Shown here piece by piece: positions 1 through 14,035 of a stretch of DNA of 64,000 nt. The translations under genes and the position numbers were made by a program. The notes below the pieces were generated by a model. It worked only from the letters and a program-made list of their open reading frames with translations. It made no database searches and was not told the origin of the DNA. The stretch comes from Eledone cirrhosa (taxonomy: Eukaryota): positions 81,530,001 to 81,594,000 of the forward strand of contig OZ024745.1 in the NCBI GenBank assembly GCA_964016885.1. Direction: 5' to 3'. Position 1 is the stretch's first letter. Each line of letters opens with the position of its first letter.

Positions 1-38
1 GTCTTATTTTTTTTTTAAATATATATATTTATTTGGTT

Positions 39-76
39 CCTTTACCGGTTTCGCAGTTCTTCTGCTTTTCAAAAGG
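39..76 (-). ncRNA. Minimal type-I hammerhead ribozyme motif, U3-A8 core variant (PLE pLTR remnant)
   Basis: Minus strand reads cctt-UUGAAAA-GCAG(aagaa)CUGC-GAAAC-cg-GUA-aagg. Stem I cctt/aagg, stem II GCAG/CUGC, GAAAC, palindromic minimal stem III (ACCGGU), GUA triplet. Confidence 0.65.
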
Positions 77-112
77 TGAGTTGAGATGGAGGGACTGTGG
101 TTTTTCTCACAT

Positions 113-197
<85 letters not shown>

Positions 198-219
198 GTA
201 TACAAATCAATACAATATA

Positions 220-297
220 ATTACCTCATTACCAGAGGTTTCCCGAATGAGGCGAATACGAAAGAAACGTCTTCATTCGTTCGTCAGACGAGGCAAT
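220..297 (-). ncRNA. Type-I hammerhead ribozyme motif in PLE 3' region
   Basis: Minus strand: attgcctcgt-CUGACGA-A-cgaatga...tcattcg-G-GAAAC-c(tct)g-GUA-atgaggtaat. 10-bp stem I, 7-bp stem II, GUA cleavage triplet. Confidence 0.75.
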
Positions 298-977
298 ATA
301 AAACATGGCTAAATACTTGGAAAGTCTCATCAAGAAAAGCAAAAAAAATTATATAAATATAGACAAATGAATTACAATAGCCATATGAAATATATAAAAA
401 TCGTTCAAGAAATATAGTTAGGTGTGTGTGTATGTATGTATATACGCTCACAGATGTACATATATGTGTATGTACAAATGTATACGTATGGTGAAAAAGT
501 GTGCATAAATATATGTGTTAGGGCAAGTGTATCTGTGTATCTGTCAACTACAGACAGACATGATGTGGTTTTCTGTTTGGCAGGTACACAGAAATAGGGT
601 AATAGATACATTATAAGAATATGAAGGCACGCGTATAAACACACCCACACGCACGTACACTTATATGCGGAAGTAAAAGAGGTAAGGGAGTGTAATAATT
701 AAAAGAAAGTATCATTCTCGATATATTTATAAAAATGGAACAATAATTTAGAAAGAAAAAATTAAAGAAAAGAAGACAAACAAGGTACACGCGTACACAC
801 ACACGTATATCTACAAGAAACGTATATCTATAAGGAATATATATATATATGTACACGCAAAAAACGTGCAGACAAAAGCGTATGCAAGCACATCTACACA
901 CACAGGATGCACATATATACGCATATACGCCTCGCCCCATGTATATCTAATCACGCGCACGCAGGCGACTGTATTAT

Positions 978-1012
<35 letters not shown>

Positions 1013-1643
1013 AATATACATGCTTATATACACACGCACACTTACACATCCATACATTCTGTACGTACACATACACACATACATACACTCACGCATATTG
1101 ACCTGTTTGCATGCACACGCATAAAAATGAGGATGTAAAAAAAAAAGAAGAAAAAACAAAAACAAAAAACATAGATGTAAAAACACGGATATAAAGACAC
1201 ATATACATACACACACATATATATATATACGGAACGCGCGCGCACATACGGAGGCGCTCGTGTACATATATAGAAAGTATACACACATTAAGGCGTTCAG
1301 ACACATAGATACAGGGTGTAAATAAACTTGTGGATAAGTAAGTACAAATATAAAATTATAAGATTGGCTGCGAAAAAATAAAATAAAAAATAAAAATAAA
1401 AAATATCTGGAGTGGAAAACGCAAGTGACCAGTTTAATCAGTTAGTGAAGAAAATAGGGAAGTAAAAAGTGGAAAGTGAAGATATTAGGTAAGTGAATCG
1501 GAGAATAAAGTGTGTGTGTGTATTATTGGTGGATGTGAAGTAAAAATAAAAAAATATAAAAATAAAAATAAAAATGAAATTAATAATAAGGATAAAAATG
1601 AAAGTAAATCAGAAAGGGTAGTTATAAAGAGAATAATAAGAGT

Positions 1644-2730
1644 TTATGGAGGATAAGTATCTGAAAGTGTGTTAAGTTTATATGAGCTGGAAAGCAGGTG
1701 TGATTTCATGTGTGGGCAACTGGTGAAAATTTCCGTCTTTGTGTTCAGGCAGGTCTTTGGTGATTTAAGATTTTGCAAGATCCAGTATTTTTCATTTATG
1801 CAGAGCGTGCATTTTCTTGTTCCTCTTGCATATTCTTTAGATTGGTTCAAAATTGACCAATCCAATTTATATTGGATACCTTGGTCTTTCAAATCCCATA
1901 TTCTACTAGCCAGAGCTGTTGTAAATCTTTTTTCTGGATGTCGAAAGGATGCGACATGTGAGTAATAACGCGTTTTGAATTTGTCTTGCGTCAGACCTAC
2001 ATATCGTTCACTGGTGGCTGGATGGTTGTTGCTGATGGTTGTCACTTTAGCCGCATATACAATGGCTTTGGTGTTGCATTTACCTTGTAATGGGCATTCA
2101 CTTTTGATTCTACAGGAGCAATTTTGATGTTCTCTAGGTGATTTTTTGTTGATGATATAGGACATAATAGGGGGACCGCAGGAATAGCTAATTTTGTCAC
2201 AGTTTCTATTAAAGATCTTATAGTATCTATGTGTTCTAGGGAAATGTTTATCTAGGAGCTCTAGGAATTTTTTGCCTACATTAGTTTTAACTGCTAGAGA
2301 GTAGGGGGTGTGAACCAGATTATTTTTCTTTTCCTGTTTTAATGTTTATTAGAATTAGTATAGTTGGGTATGTATTTAATCGGTTCGCTAAAACCGCTAT
2401 TTTGGAGGGCTTTATTATAGTAGGGGGATTCCTTATTAAAAATAGCTTCTGAGGAAGAGAGGGTGGAGATCCTACGGCTAATATTAGGGATAAGGTTTTT
2501 AAAAACTATAGGAGGATGGCAAGAGCCTTTATTTATATATTTTAAGTTTTCATTAGGTTTATGGTATGGTTTATAAGAAGCAGTAGGCAAATCTAGGTTT
2601 ATATCTAAGAAATCTACATTGGAAAGGTTAGTGGCAAGAGTAATTTTAAGATTAAAACTAGCGAAGGTTTTTATTAAGTATTTCCTTAATCTATCTAAGT
2701 TATGGCCTATGGTGGTATGGGAAAGTATTG
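1644..2730 (-). pseudogene. PLE copy B: RT C-terminus/thumb, linker and GIY-YIG endonuclease (stop and frameshift near 2300-2340)
   Basis: VDFLDINLDL...YKPYHKPNENLKYINKGSCHPP; CSCRIKSECPLQGKC...IVYAAKV...YVGLTQDKFKTRYYSH...CTLCINEK...LNTKTEIFTSCPH. Confidence 0.85.
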
Positions 2731-4380
2731 TTGTGTTTAGAGATAATGTTGGAAATGTTGGAGGATGTAGAATAGGACAATTTTATAGTGTGTTTGTTAA
2801 ATATTTTACTATAGATATGTGAGGGAGGGAAGCATTTATTTAAGGCACTAAAGAATAATTTAGGAATATTGTTATTAATAGAGATGGAGAAAAGAGCATT
2901 ATACCAGATTATGTTTTTGTATCTAGGTCTTTTATTAAAGTTATTGGAATGATCATGATTAATTATTCTACTGTAATTTCTTCTAGAATTTGTTTCTTTA
3001 CTATATTTGATTTTATCAGGAGAGCCAGCTTTAGAAAGCGCGTTATTATAGTAATTGGCGTTAGCATCAAAGATGTTTTTATTAGAAGATAGGTTAGATA
3101 TTCTTTTTCCAATATTACTAACTATAGCATTCTTGATATTAGTAGGATGGTTAGATTTAAAGTTAACATAATTTAGGTTCTCGTTGTTTTTATGGTAAGG
3201 GTAATATAGGCCAGTGTCAAGATTAAGAGATACATCCAAGAAATTAGCTAGTTTGATGCTGTTATCAAATTCAATTTTTAGGTTATGTTGGTTAAAGAGA
3301 TTACGTATATTGTTCTTAATAATATTAAGGTTAACTATGTTGCAATTTAAGATAGTAAAGAGTCCATCGTCACGATAAATTCCACCGCGAAGTTGAGGAA
3401 TTTTCCGACTCAAAGAGTTCAAAATAAAGATACCAATTAAATCTGTTAATTGGGATGAATCGGATGCTCCCATTGTGATGTTGAAGTTGTTAGAGGTATC
3501 GGCTCTGGTCCAATATTCGTTGTTGAACTCTAGGATGGTTTTACGTGCGGTGAGAATGATGTGAAGTTCATCTGTGGTGATGTCAGAATATTTAAGTGCG
3601 AAAGATAGAGCATTATTGAGAAGTGAAGGCGAAATAGAAGAATAGTAGCTGGCAATATCAAATTGAACAAATTTTAGTTTGTGTTTATTATTCAATTTGT
3701 TGAACCAGCTAATCACTTCAGAAGTACCAAACCATAAATTTAGGTTCAAAGAAGAGCAATTAGAACGAACCTGTGGGATAATTCTATCCAAGATGGCTTT
3801 ACTAACAACCCCCAGATCTGATTTAGAGGGGGCGATTAATCTAACAGGTAGTTCAGTGCGAAAATTGTTTTTGTGATCCTTGAGATTTATCCTCGGAGTT
3901 CTTGGGAGGAATGGTTCTGTCTTTTTTTCAATGCCAAGTTTTGACATAATCTCAGAGGCTTCAAAGTTTATGTATTCTAAATTTTCATGGTTGGTTTTAC
4001 GATATTTTTTCCTAAGTTCCTTTAGGATAAGGTTGTTATAATTATCCTTGGAAATACCAGATAAGTTATTGGTTTTGTCAGAGTGGACTAAAACATTTTT
4101 TGAGGAAATTAGGTTTGAAATTGTGTTCTTGAGATTTACAAGGTGCTTGAATTTAAGATTTTTTATAATTTTAGTTAACTCTTCCTCGAATTGCACTAGA
4201 TTTTTGTTGGAAGGAGGATTTCTTCTAGAATTAAATAGATGATCGAGGAAGTTATGTTCTTTGGTATAGAAGTTCCCTTTTAGGCGCTGGTCATAGAAAT
4301 AGGCTATCCATCTAAGTCTTCTTACGAAGGAGTCACTTTTTTCAATTAGAAGTTTGGTGAATTCAGATTTACTACAATAA
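2700..4380 (-). pseudogene. PLE copy A: N-terminal domain, reverse transcriptase and thumb; truncated before the endonuclease
   Basis: Frame is open from ~4380 ([24 protein letters not shown]) through HSDKTNN, LKDHK, QFDIASYYSSI, ITMGASDS, YRDD, NFLDV and SNHP to IKLSYST. Confidence 0.88.
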
Positions 4381-4411
4381 ATTAAGATTTACTACAATAA
4401 AACTCACCTCC

Positions 4412-5755
<1,344 letters not shown>

Positions 5756-8050
5756 TGCGTGTCCATGTGCCTGTATGTGCATGTATGGGTGTGTCTATTC
5801 TTGTCTATTCTTGTGTGGAGGCGAGGGAAGGTTTCGAGAGAAGAAGCTTGTGTAAACTTCCAGTAACGTAAGTCGTACAAAGAAATCTAAGAAGAGTCTT
5901 CAATTTCTAGACTCCAGATCTGAATGTGAGGGCTACACTTGGAGAGTCTAACGGGAGATCACTCCTTAATTGGCCAGTTAATGGAAGTGATGTCTACAAT
6001 ACCTACACCTACATACCTAGGCGTAATCTTTTGTTGCGTAATATTTTCACATTTCATATAATTTAGTATTGGGCACACTTCTCCATTTCAAACTACATAG
6101 TAATAACAGAACGGAACATTTTCACAGTTCAGAATATGTTGTTTTTTTTGTTTTTTTTCGCTGAATCTGTGACACTTAAAATAACCCTACCTCATCAAAA
6201 TATCTAATATAGCTTAAGTTTTGTCCCATCTTTAACCTATAACAACGATTACGTTTTGTAACCTTGACTGAACTCAATAATGCTAGTGGCATAAATCTTA
6301 TTAGCGAAGTTTAAAGTTTCTCATGTTCGTATGGCTGTGGGAGAAGGGTTTCAGGAAAAGCCTTCTTTGGGTAGCAAGAAAAATGTTGTTTGTTGTTTTT
6401 TTTGTCCATGAGAGTGGCGATAAATAATTATCAATTATACCAGTTGTTATGGCACTAATTCTATGCTGTAATTAGCCACGTACAAGTATCTGCGAAAGTT
6501 CATCGTTACGAGGCGGCAATTCCACAAGTACACCTAGGCATTATCGTATCGATTGAAAAGTGTTCAATCTTAAAGAAACTCTGGACAAAATCGAGGTAAG
6601 GACAACAGATATCATCAGAGGCAGGTGTACGATGCAACGTCGACGAATTTTCCTCTTCGTGTATAAAATTTTGATTAATCATCAGTACAAAAACAATTAA
6701 AGTACTGCATCAGTACACTGAGAAACACTGTATTGAATTCAACAAAAGACAGAGATTCTATGTTGTTAAGAAATCCACCTGGTTTGACAGCTCACTGCTA
6801 CAGAATGTCACCATTGATCACTGCACAAATGCCAGAATAATAAAAGCTAGAGTAACTACACAGCGTTGAGAACAAGGCGATGGGACTACTGACAAAGTTG
6901 ACAGTGTACAGAAAATTGTACACTACGCTAATCTGCGTTAGAGAAACAGTGAACTGATAACCCCTACCACTACTATTAAAGGCTAAACTTCTTCATACAG
7001 CCTGCTGTAGAAAATCTTCATTATCATGGTACGGGAAGATTTGACAATGTAAGCGGATCCAAAATCCACTCCAATCAATCCAGTTCCAGTTGTGATAGGA
7101 ATGACATATAGTTCGCATGTAAGACCATTGTATAACAAAGAAAGTGTTCTCAGAAAGGGAGGTCAGAAGAATGATTTATGGTACCCCTGAGATCACTAAG
7201 CAGAAATTCTAATAGTGAAAACATAACGCCATGAATCGAGTGAAATAGCTCTCTCTCCCGTGTACAAAAGCTCCAGGATTACATAAGGTCGAGAGAACTC
7301 TGAAATAAATTAGAGAAATGAGGAAAGAGAGAAAAAATAATAGGGAAAAGAGATCCAACATAGCCTAATAATATAACATACTCATCTCTTGGCTCAACGG
7401 CGAACAAATCTTTCGTGCACAGATCGATCTCATCATTAATCTGTTTATCTGTTCACCCAGAGTCCAGACAGCTTTACACATCTGTGGTAATTGTCGATTT
7501 GGCGGACAAGCAACAACAATTCTGATATTATAGGATAATTTTAGTTTCTGGCTTCGTACCACACCTGCTTTTAAGAAACCGTGACAAATTGGACATTTTC
7601 AATGATTTCACGATCCTTGAAAGAGACCCTGTGGGAGGGCCATTTTCTATAATATAGCCATCTACTACATATGTAAATAAGCAAATAGGGTCATCAAACA
7701 ACTTAATGAATGTGAACGTAGATACACGTAGAACACACACACAAAATAATCACTGAACGTCTCTATACGTAAATAATTCACTATGAAAACAAAGCCATCA
7801 CTAAACAAAAGAGCCAGAGGATAAGATCATCGAATGCCAAGCTCGTTGCTAATACATACATAAAACAAAGCCAATTACAAACTAATGTGCATATTAGAAC
7901 CAAGACATCATCTATAATTACTACCTCAAAATCATCCATATGTCCTGACTCATACTCCGAAAACCCAACTACCAGTCCTCTCTAAATACCACTATTGGTG
8001 AGGGAGATTTTTTCAAACTGCAGCTGTCATATTTCACAGTTTCTGTATAA

Positions 8051-8242
8051 TAATTGTTTCTACTTTTGGCACAAGGACAGCAATTATCCCAGTGTATTAC
8101 TGGTGCTTTATTTTATCGACCCCGTAAGGATAAAAGGCAAAGTTAACCTCGGCGGTATTTGAACTCAGACCATAAAGGGACGTAACTCTTTGCTGCAAAG
8201 CATAGCATCCGACCCTCTACCAATACTGCCAATCCATCGCCC
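8051..8242 (-). mobile_element. tRNA-derived SINE (octopod OK/OR-like family)
   Basis: Shares gtttctacttttggcacaagg...actggt...ttttatcgacccc...aaaggcaaagttaacctcggcgg..tttgaactcag with many copies in the window. B-box-like GAGTTCAAAT on the minus strand. Confidence 0.75.
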
Positions 8243-9079
8243 TTATTATACAGTTTCTGTATAATAATAAAAAATGAATAATATTTATAATTTTAACATT
8301 TGTTAGTAAAGAGTTAATTATTGCATCCATATATTCCGCCTCCGCAATACCTTTGTTCTTTATATTTTAATCCTTTTGGGATTAAATCTTTATAACGGTT
8401 GAAATTCAGAGAAAATGCCTACGTAATAAAACTGTAGAAAACTACTGGTTCCACGTTAGGTTGGCGTATAAATGTTGGATGGTATAAAGTTAATGTTGTC
8501 GAGTATTTTCTTCCTTTTTTTCCTTCATTTATTAAATTTCATTCGATTTATTACTATTGAACGACGAGCTGAGTTGGTTCCTTTTTTTTACATTGAATTT
8601 AACATTTAGAAACCCTTTCATCTTTCATTTCATCATACTGAGTTCGATTTTCCTGTTTGGTAATTATGTTGCAAAAAAGTTAAACCATTGATTCTTAAAT
8701 ACATATAATTATGAAAGTTTTCGCATCTTTGAATCAACAAAGACAATGAATTGCCAGAAATTGTAGAGTGCCAGATTAAATGTATTACAGTCGTTAGATT
8801 CATATTTGTTTGCATTCTGGGTTCAAATCCTACATTTAAAATGTTCAATTTTCTTTCATATATATATATATATATATATGGAGAGCTATCCTATTTTTTT
8901 AAATGTAAATAAAGATATAAAGGCATTAATACTTTCGACAAATGAACAATAAACAACAATGATAATTCGACACAAAAATCATAAAATATTTTCTTTTTCT
9001 GAAACACTGATAAAAATAATTCTTTTGATTATATTGAAAGTCAGTACTCTATTGAAAAGGCGGTGGTATAGATTAAAGA

Positions 9080-9230
9080 TGGCGGCGAGTCATTAGAAAA
9101 TCGGATAGAATGCTTTCCAGTATTTCGGCTCTTTACTCTTTAAGTTCAAATCCCGCCGAGGTCAACTTTACCTTTCATCCATTCGAGGTCTATAAAAAAA
9201 AAGTACCAATCTAATACTGGGGTCGATTCC
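9080..9230 (+). mobile_element. Same SINE family, plus orientation
   Basis: aagttcaaatcccgccgaggtcaactttacctttcatcc...aagtacca...tactggggtcgat. Confidence 0.7.
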
Positions 9231-9424
9231 TCCTCTATATATCTTTCTCACATCCATTCTTTCACTCCTCTATCCTTCTCTACCTAAATTTACTATATTC
9301 AAACCTGCAGAGGGATGGGCTCCGCCAGGTTTAAAAATGCTCAAGAATTGCCGTATGTCAAATCGGAGCCCCAACGATTCCCTTAGGAGTCACGGGACCA
9401 TACATACAGAGATCACCTTCTGGC

Positions 9425-9925
9425 GAGGGAGACAAGATCGCTCCAATTATAGAGGGATCTCCTTGTTAAGCCTGCTTGGTAAATTCTATGCAAAGTGTCT
9501 GGCAAAAGATGTAGGGGTATTGTCGAGTCCAAGCTAGCTGATGAACAGTGTGTTTTTCGCTCGAGGATGCAGCACAACCGACGAAATATTCACACTGCGG
9601 CAAGTCTTTGACAAATCGTGGGAGTATTGCTAAGATGAATATACTTATTTCGTAGACATCGAAAAGGCATATGACTGCGTTCCACAGAACTTGTTGGGGA
9701 AGGTTCTGCAAGAGTATGGGATCAGTGGACAGCTTCTTCTTACACTGATGTCTTTATACGAATGCCCCAATATTTGTGTTCGGATAAATAGTGCTAAGCT
9801 GAAACTATTCAATGAAGGTGTTGGACTTCACCAAGGGTGCGTACTGTCATCTCTCCTCTTCATAATCGTCATGGACAGGTTTGAAGTGGTATAGGATTAG
9901 TCGGCTGGAATTTGCGGACGACATG
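9425..9925 (+). pseudogene. Degenerate non-LTR RT fragment (RTE/Rex3-like)
   Basis: DRSNYRGISLLSLLGKFY, DEIFTLRQVF, FVDIEKAYDCVP, GLHQGCVLSSLLFII, LEFADD across frames. Confidence 0.75.
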
Positions 9926-10419
9926 GTCTTATGCTTAAAGAAGAAAATTATTTTACCGAAGGATGGAAGGCAAAGCTTATTCCACGGAGATTTAAATTCA
10001 GAAGAGTGGAGTACTAAACAAGTGTGCATAAAACATCACGGAAGTTTACTCTATCATGTGCACCTTGTATATAAAAAAAAAGAAATATTTTGTCTAGGCT
10101 TAAGGCCAATTCTATTATAGGAGTGGTATTAATCTACTGAATAAGAATAAGTGTAAAATACTGATATTTATTTTATCTACCCCAAAGAGATAAAAGCTAA
10201 AATTTTATCATGAGGGATTTGAACTCAGATCAGTGGGTACTGAACTAGTTAGAGTAAAGTATCTAGTACAGCACCATTCTATCGAAGTCATCGACACCAT
10301 CTTGTCTTGGCAGACAACGGAATTTTTTTATAAACACACAAAGGCCACGTCTCATAACGAAAGAGTACGATTTAAGTGTATGTATTGGTATAGAGCTGCT
10401 GATGTTGCTGCTGCTGCTG

Positions 10420-10464
<45 letters not shown>

Positions 10465-11020
10465 TTAGTAGTGCCGGTGGTGGTGGTGGTGGTGGTGGTG
10501 GTAGTAGTAGTAGTTCCAGCAGCTGCTGCTGCAGTAGTAGTAGCAATAGCAGCAACAGCAGCAGAAGAAGCAATAGTAGTTGCGGTGATGGTGCTTATTT
10601 TGTTTTCTGCAGAGATAGCTAAATGGTAAAGCCGATCCCGATGGGAAATATCGCATAAAATCTTAGAAGGGTGAGACTAAAAACTAAAAATTCTAATTCA
10701 TTTAGCTCGGCACCCTACTGCCTCAACCCTTCCACTCTTCTTGTCACCAGCAGAAAATAATGATAGCCGTCAACTTTTTAATTCACTGCATTTCACAATA
10801 ATGTTTTTTGTGAGAAAAAATTAGCAAGTGGTGTGAAGAATTCATCTAGTCTGTGATGCTTTGTTAGCTCAAAGTGAAACCAATTAAATGGACCTGTCAA
10901 AAATATTCACTTGAGTAATTAATAGCCACACGAAAGTTATACAAGAAGTCGAGGCGATTATATAATCTCCAAAAAAAAAAAGCAAGAAAAGCAAAGAAAA
11001 GAAATCAAACAAACGAAATA

Positions 11021-11905
11021 TACGAATTATGTCGACAAAGTATCCGGCTTTATTTTTATTTTCCACGTGGGAAGTAATGACGTTAGGGAGACAAAAGTGG
11101 GCAGAATAGAGTCATATACATTCATGCGCATGCGAGCTCGCTTGATGCGTCAGTTGCGGTCAGGAAGCCAGTGCCTGAGGTGCTGTAATTCTTACTCATC
11201 GTATTTTCAGTTCGCCAGATATTGGCAACAAGGTTCTTGAGTTCCTGTATACTGTGATAATTGGAGATAAGACGTAGGGTGTACGTGTAAGATCCGGAAA
11301 TCAAAGCTCAGTGGAAACATCCACAGTCGCCTAGGCACCCAAAAGCACGTCAGTGCAAAGCAAAATCAAGGTGATGTTGTCTGTTTTATTCGACGATAGA
11401 GGCGTTGTGCAGCCCAAGGACAAACAGTTACAAAGGAAAATTATCAGAAAATCCTCTGACTTATTCGTGATGCAATTCGGCGAAAGAGACCGGTTCTGTG
11501 CGCCTCACAAAACTGGCAAAGCTACATCTTCACAACGCTACAGCTCAAACGTCGCAGCTGATCCTAGGTTTCTTGGCAAATGAAAACATTTCGCTCATTC
11601 TCCTAGATCCTTATTCTCAAGACATGGCTTCTTCTAACTTCTGATTGTTCCGAAAAACGAAAATATCACAAAAAGACACTCGTTTTCAGAGCCGATTGGA
11701 CATCATGTGGACTGCCGCAGTGGAGCTGAGAACCACTGATGAAGAGGCATTCCAGGCGTGCCAACTTTGAACAGTGAACGTATATACTAAATGTATGTGG
11801 AGGCACATGAAGACTTATATCGAAGGGAATTAACAATTGAACCCCACCGTGTACCTAATCATTTTTCTAAGCCTAAGGTCGGATATTTTTTAGACAGATA
11901 TCGTA
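11021..11905 (+). mobile_element. Internally deleted, decayed mariner element with TIRs and TA target duplication
   Basis: Imperfect ~30-bp TIRs (tacgaattatgtcgacaaagtatccgg / tcggatattttttagacagatatcgta). Transposase remnants QWKHPQSP..KARQ, SKIKVMLSVLFD.RGVV, PYSQDMASSNF.LF (compare PYSPDLAPSDF). Confidence 0.8.
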
Positions 11906-12258
11906 GCTAACTACAGACAGAGCAAACATATACTAATATCCTTATGCTTCTTTGAACACATTTATTGTTTCAATTCAACAACATTGCTTCATTTGACTAA
12001 ACTGTTGGTGCATAAAATTTTTCGATTTTACAAAACCAACGAACGCACACAAAACGCACATATACAAACGTGGGTACACAGATAGAGAGATACATTCATA
12101 CGCACACATAGATGCACGCGTATTATGTGTGTATATATATATGTGTGTATATACATATGTATATGTATACACATACATATATTTAGTATACATGTATACA
12201 TATGTGTGTGTGTATATATATATATATATACATACATACACACATACACACAAACACA

Positions 12259-12295
<37 letters not shown>

Positions 12296-12334
12296 ACATT
12301 CATTTAATTTATTAATTTATTGATATTTTATTTG

Positions 12335-12520
12335 AGTGACCCGAATCTTCCTGGTCGTTCTTTTTTGGCTGCACGGGTGATTTTAGGCATGATCTCTATG
12401 TGTTGGTATTTTAACGATAGTTATAGCTCTGATTTATCCAAATTATTGAGCCCTCTGCCACACATGTCGGATATTGTTTATCGTGATTTCGTGGGCTGAT
12501 ATTCCGATTCTCGATTATTC
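12335..12520. repeat. Dispersed repeat, homologous (inverted) to 50367-50555
   Basis: Aligns by eye: ttatagctctg(a/g)tt(t/c)atc...attgagc...gcc(a/g)cacat...atttcgtgggc...tctcgat. Confidence 0.7.
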
Positions 12521-12566
12521 TACTATATATATATATATATAAGTTAAAACAGAAAAAAAAAACAAT

Positions 12567-12609
<43 letters not shown>

Positions 12610-12674
12610 CTACACGTTTCTAGCGTAGATGTGAAATGAGAAGTTTTATATAAAAACACAAAATGAATATATAT

Positions 12675-13521
<847 letters not shown>

Positions 13522-13525
<4 letters not shown>

Positions 13526-13913
13526 TAAACGGAATAGAAAATGCTGACAAATTGTTCACAGTTGAAAAATGGTTTAATTAGGAATAAAAGAGTATTAGTG
13601 ATTGTATGGGTTAGTATTCAGTTGTGGCTTTAAGTTTTTAAGTTTTTACCGGTTGCGCATTTCTATATGCTTTTCAAAAATAATTTTGAGATAGAGTGTC
13701 CGTGCTGTTTGCTCTGATCAGAGCAAACAGCACGGACACTCTATCTCAAAATTATTTTTGAAAAGCATATAGAAATGCGCAACCGGTAAAAACTTAAAAA
13801 CTTAAAGCCACAACTGAATACTAACCCATACAATCACTAATACTCTTTTATTCCTAATTAAACCATTTTTCAACTGTGAACAATTTGTCAGCATTTTCTA
13901 TTCCGTTTACCAA
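13522..13913. repeat. Perfect 392-bp palindrome with no spacer; an inverted PLE pLTR-like unit with an HHR-like motif in each arm
   Basis: Centre tga|tca at 13717/13718; arms match base for base by eye. Each arm has UUGAAAA-GCAU..AUGC-GCAAC-cg-GUA (13755-13791 plus, 13644-13680 minus), related to positions 39-110. Confidence 0.9.
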
Positions 13914-13948
13914 TATATAATAACTTGTGTGTTACACCTCTATTCTTT

Positions 13949-14034
<86 letters not shown>

Positions 14035-14035
<1 letters not shown>

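Larger units (their letters stand above)
196..4402 (-). mobile_element. Penelope-like retroelement, Naiad-type; chimera of two diverged copies, flanked by (TA)n
   Basis: N-terminal FVRRLRWIAYFY, PLE-type RT and thumb, CxCx4C...C linker plus GIY-YIG endonuclease, long 3' region with HHR. (TA)n-rich arrays at both ends. Confidence 0.88.

Noticed and set aside
33-1306. Many 60-190 aa ORFs rich in YI/CV/HT (also at 4.4-5.9, 12, 24.5, 35, 49-50, 53 and 58.5-59.9 kb)
   Set aside because: They are translations of (TA)n, (CA)n, (GTAT)n, (GAT)n and (AAG)n microsatellites, which lack stop codons.
6400-7700. High-complexity stretch that might be host exons or an ancient CR1/L2-like LINE
   Set aside because: There is no sustained ORF or convincing splice pattern, only faint endonuclease-like hints. 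A translated HMM search is needed.
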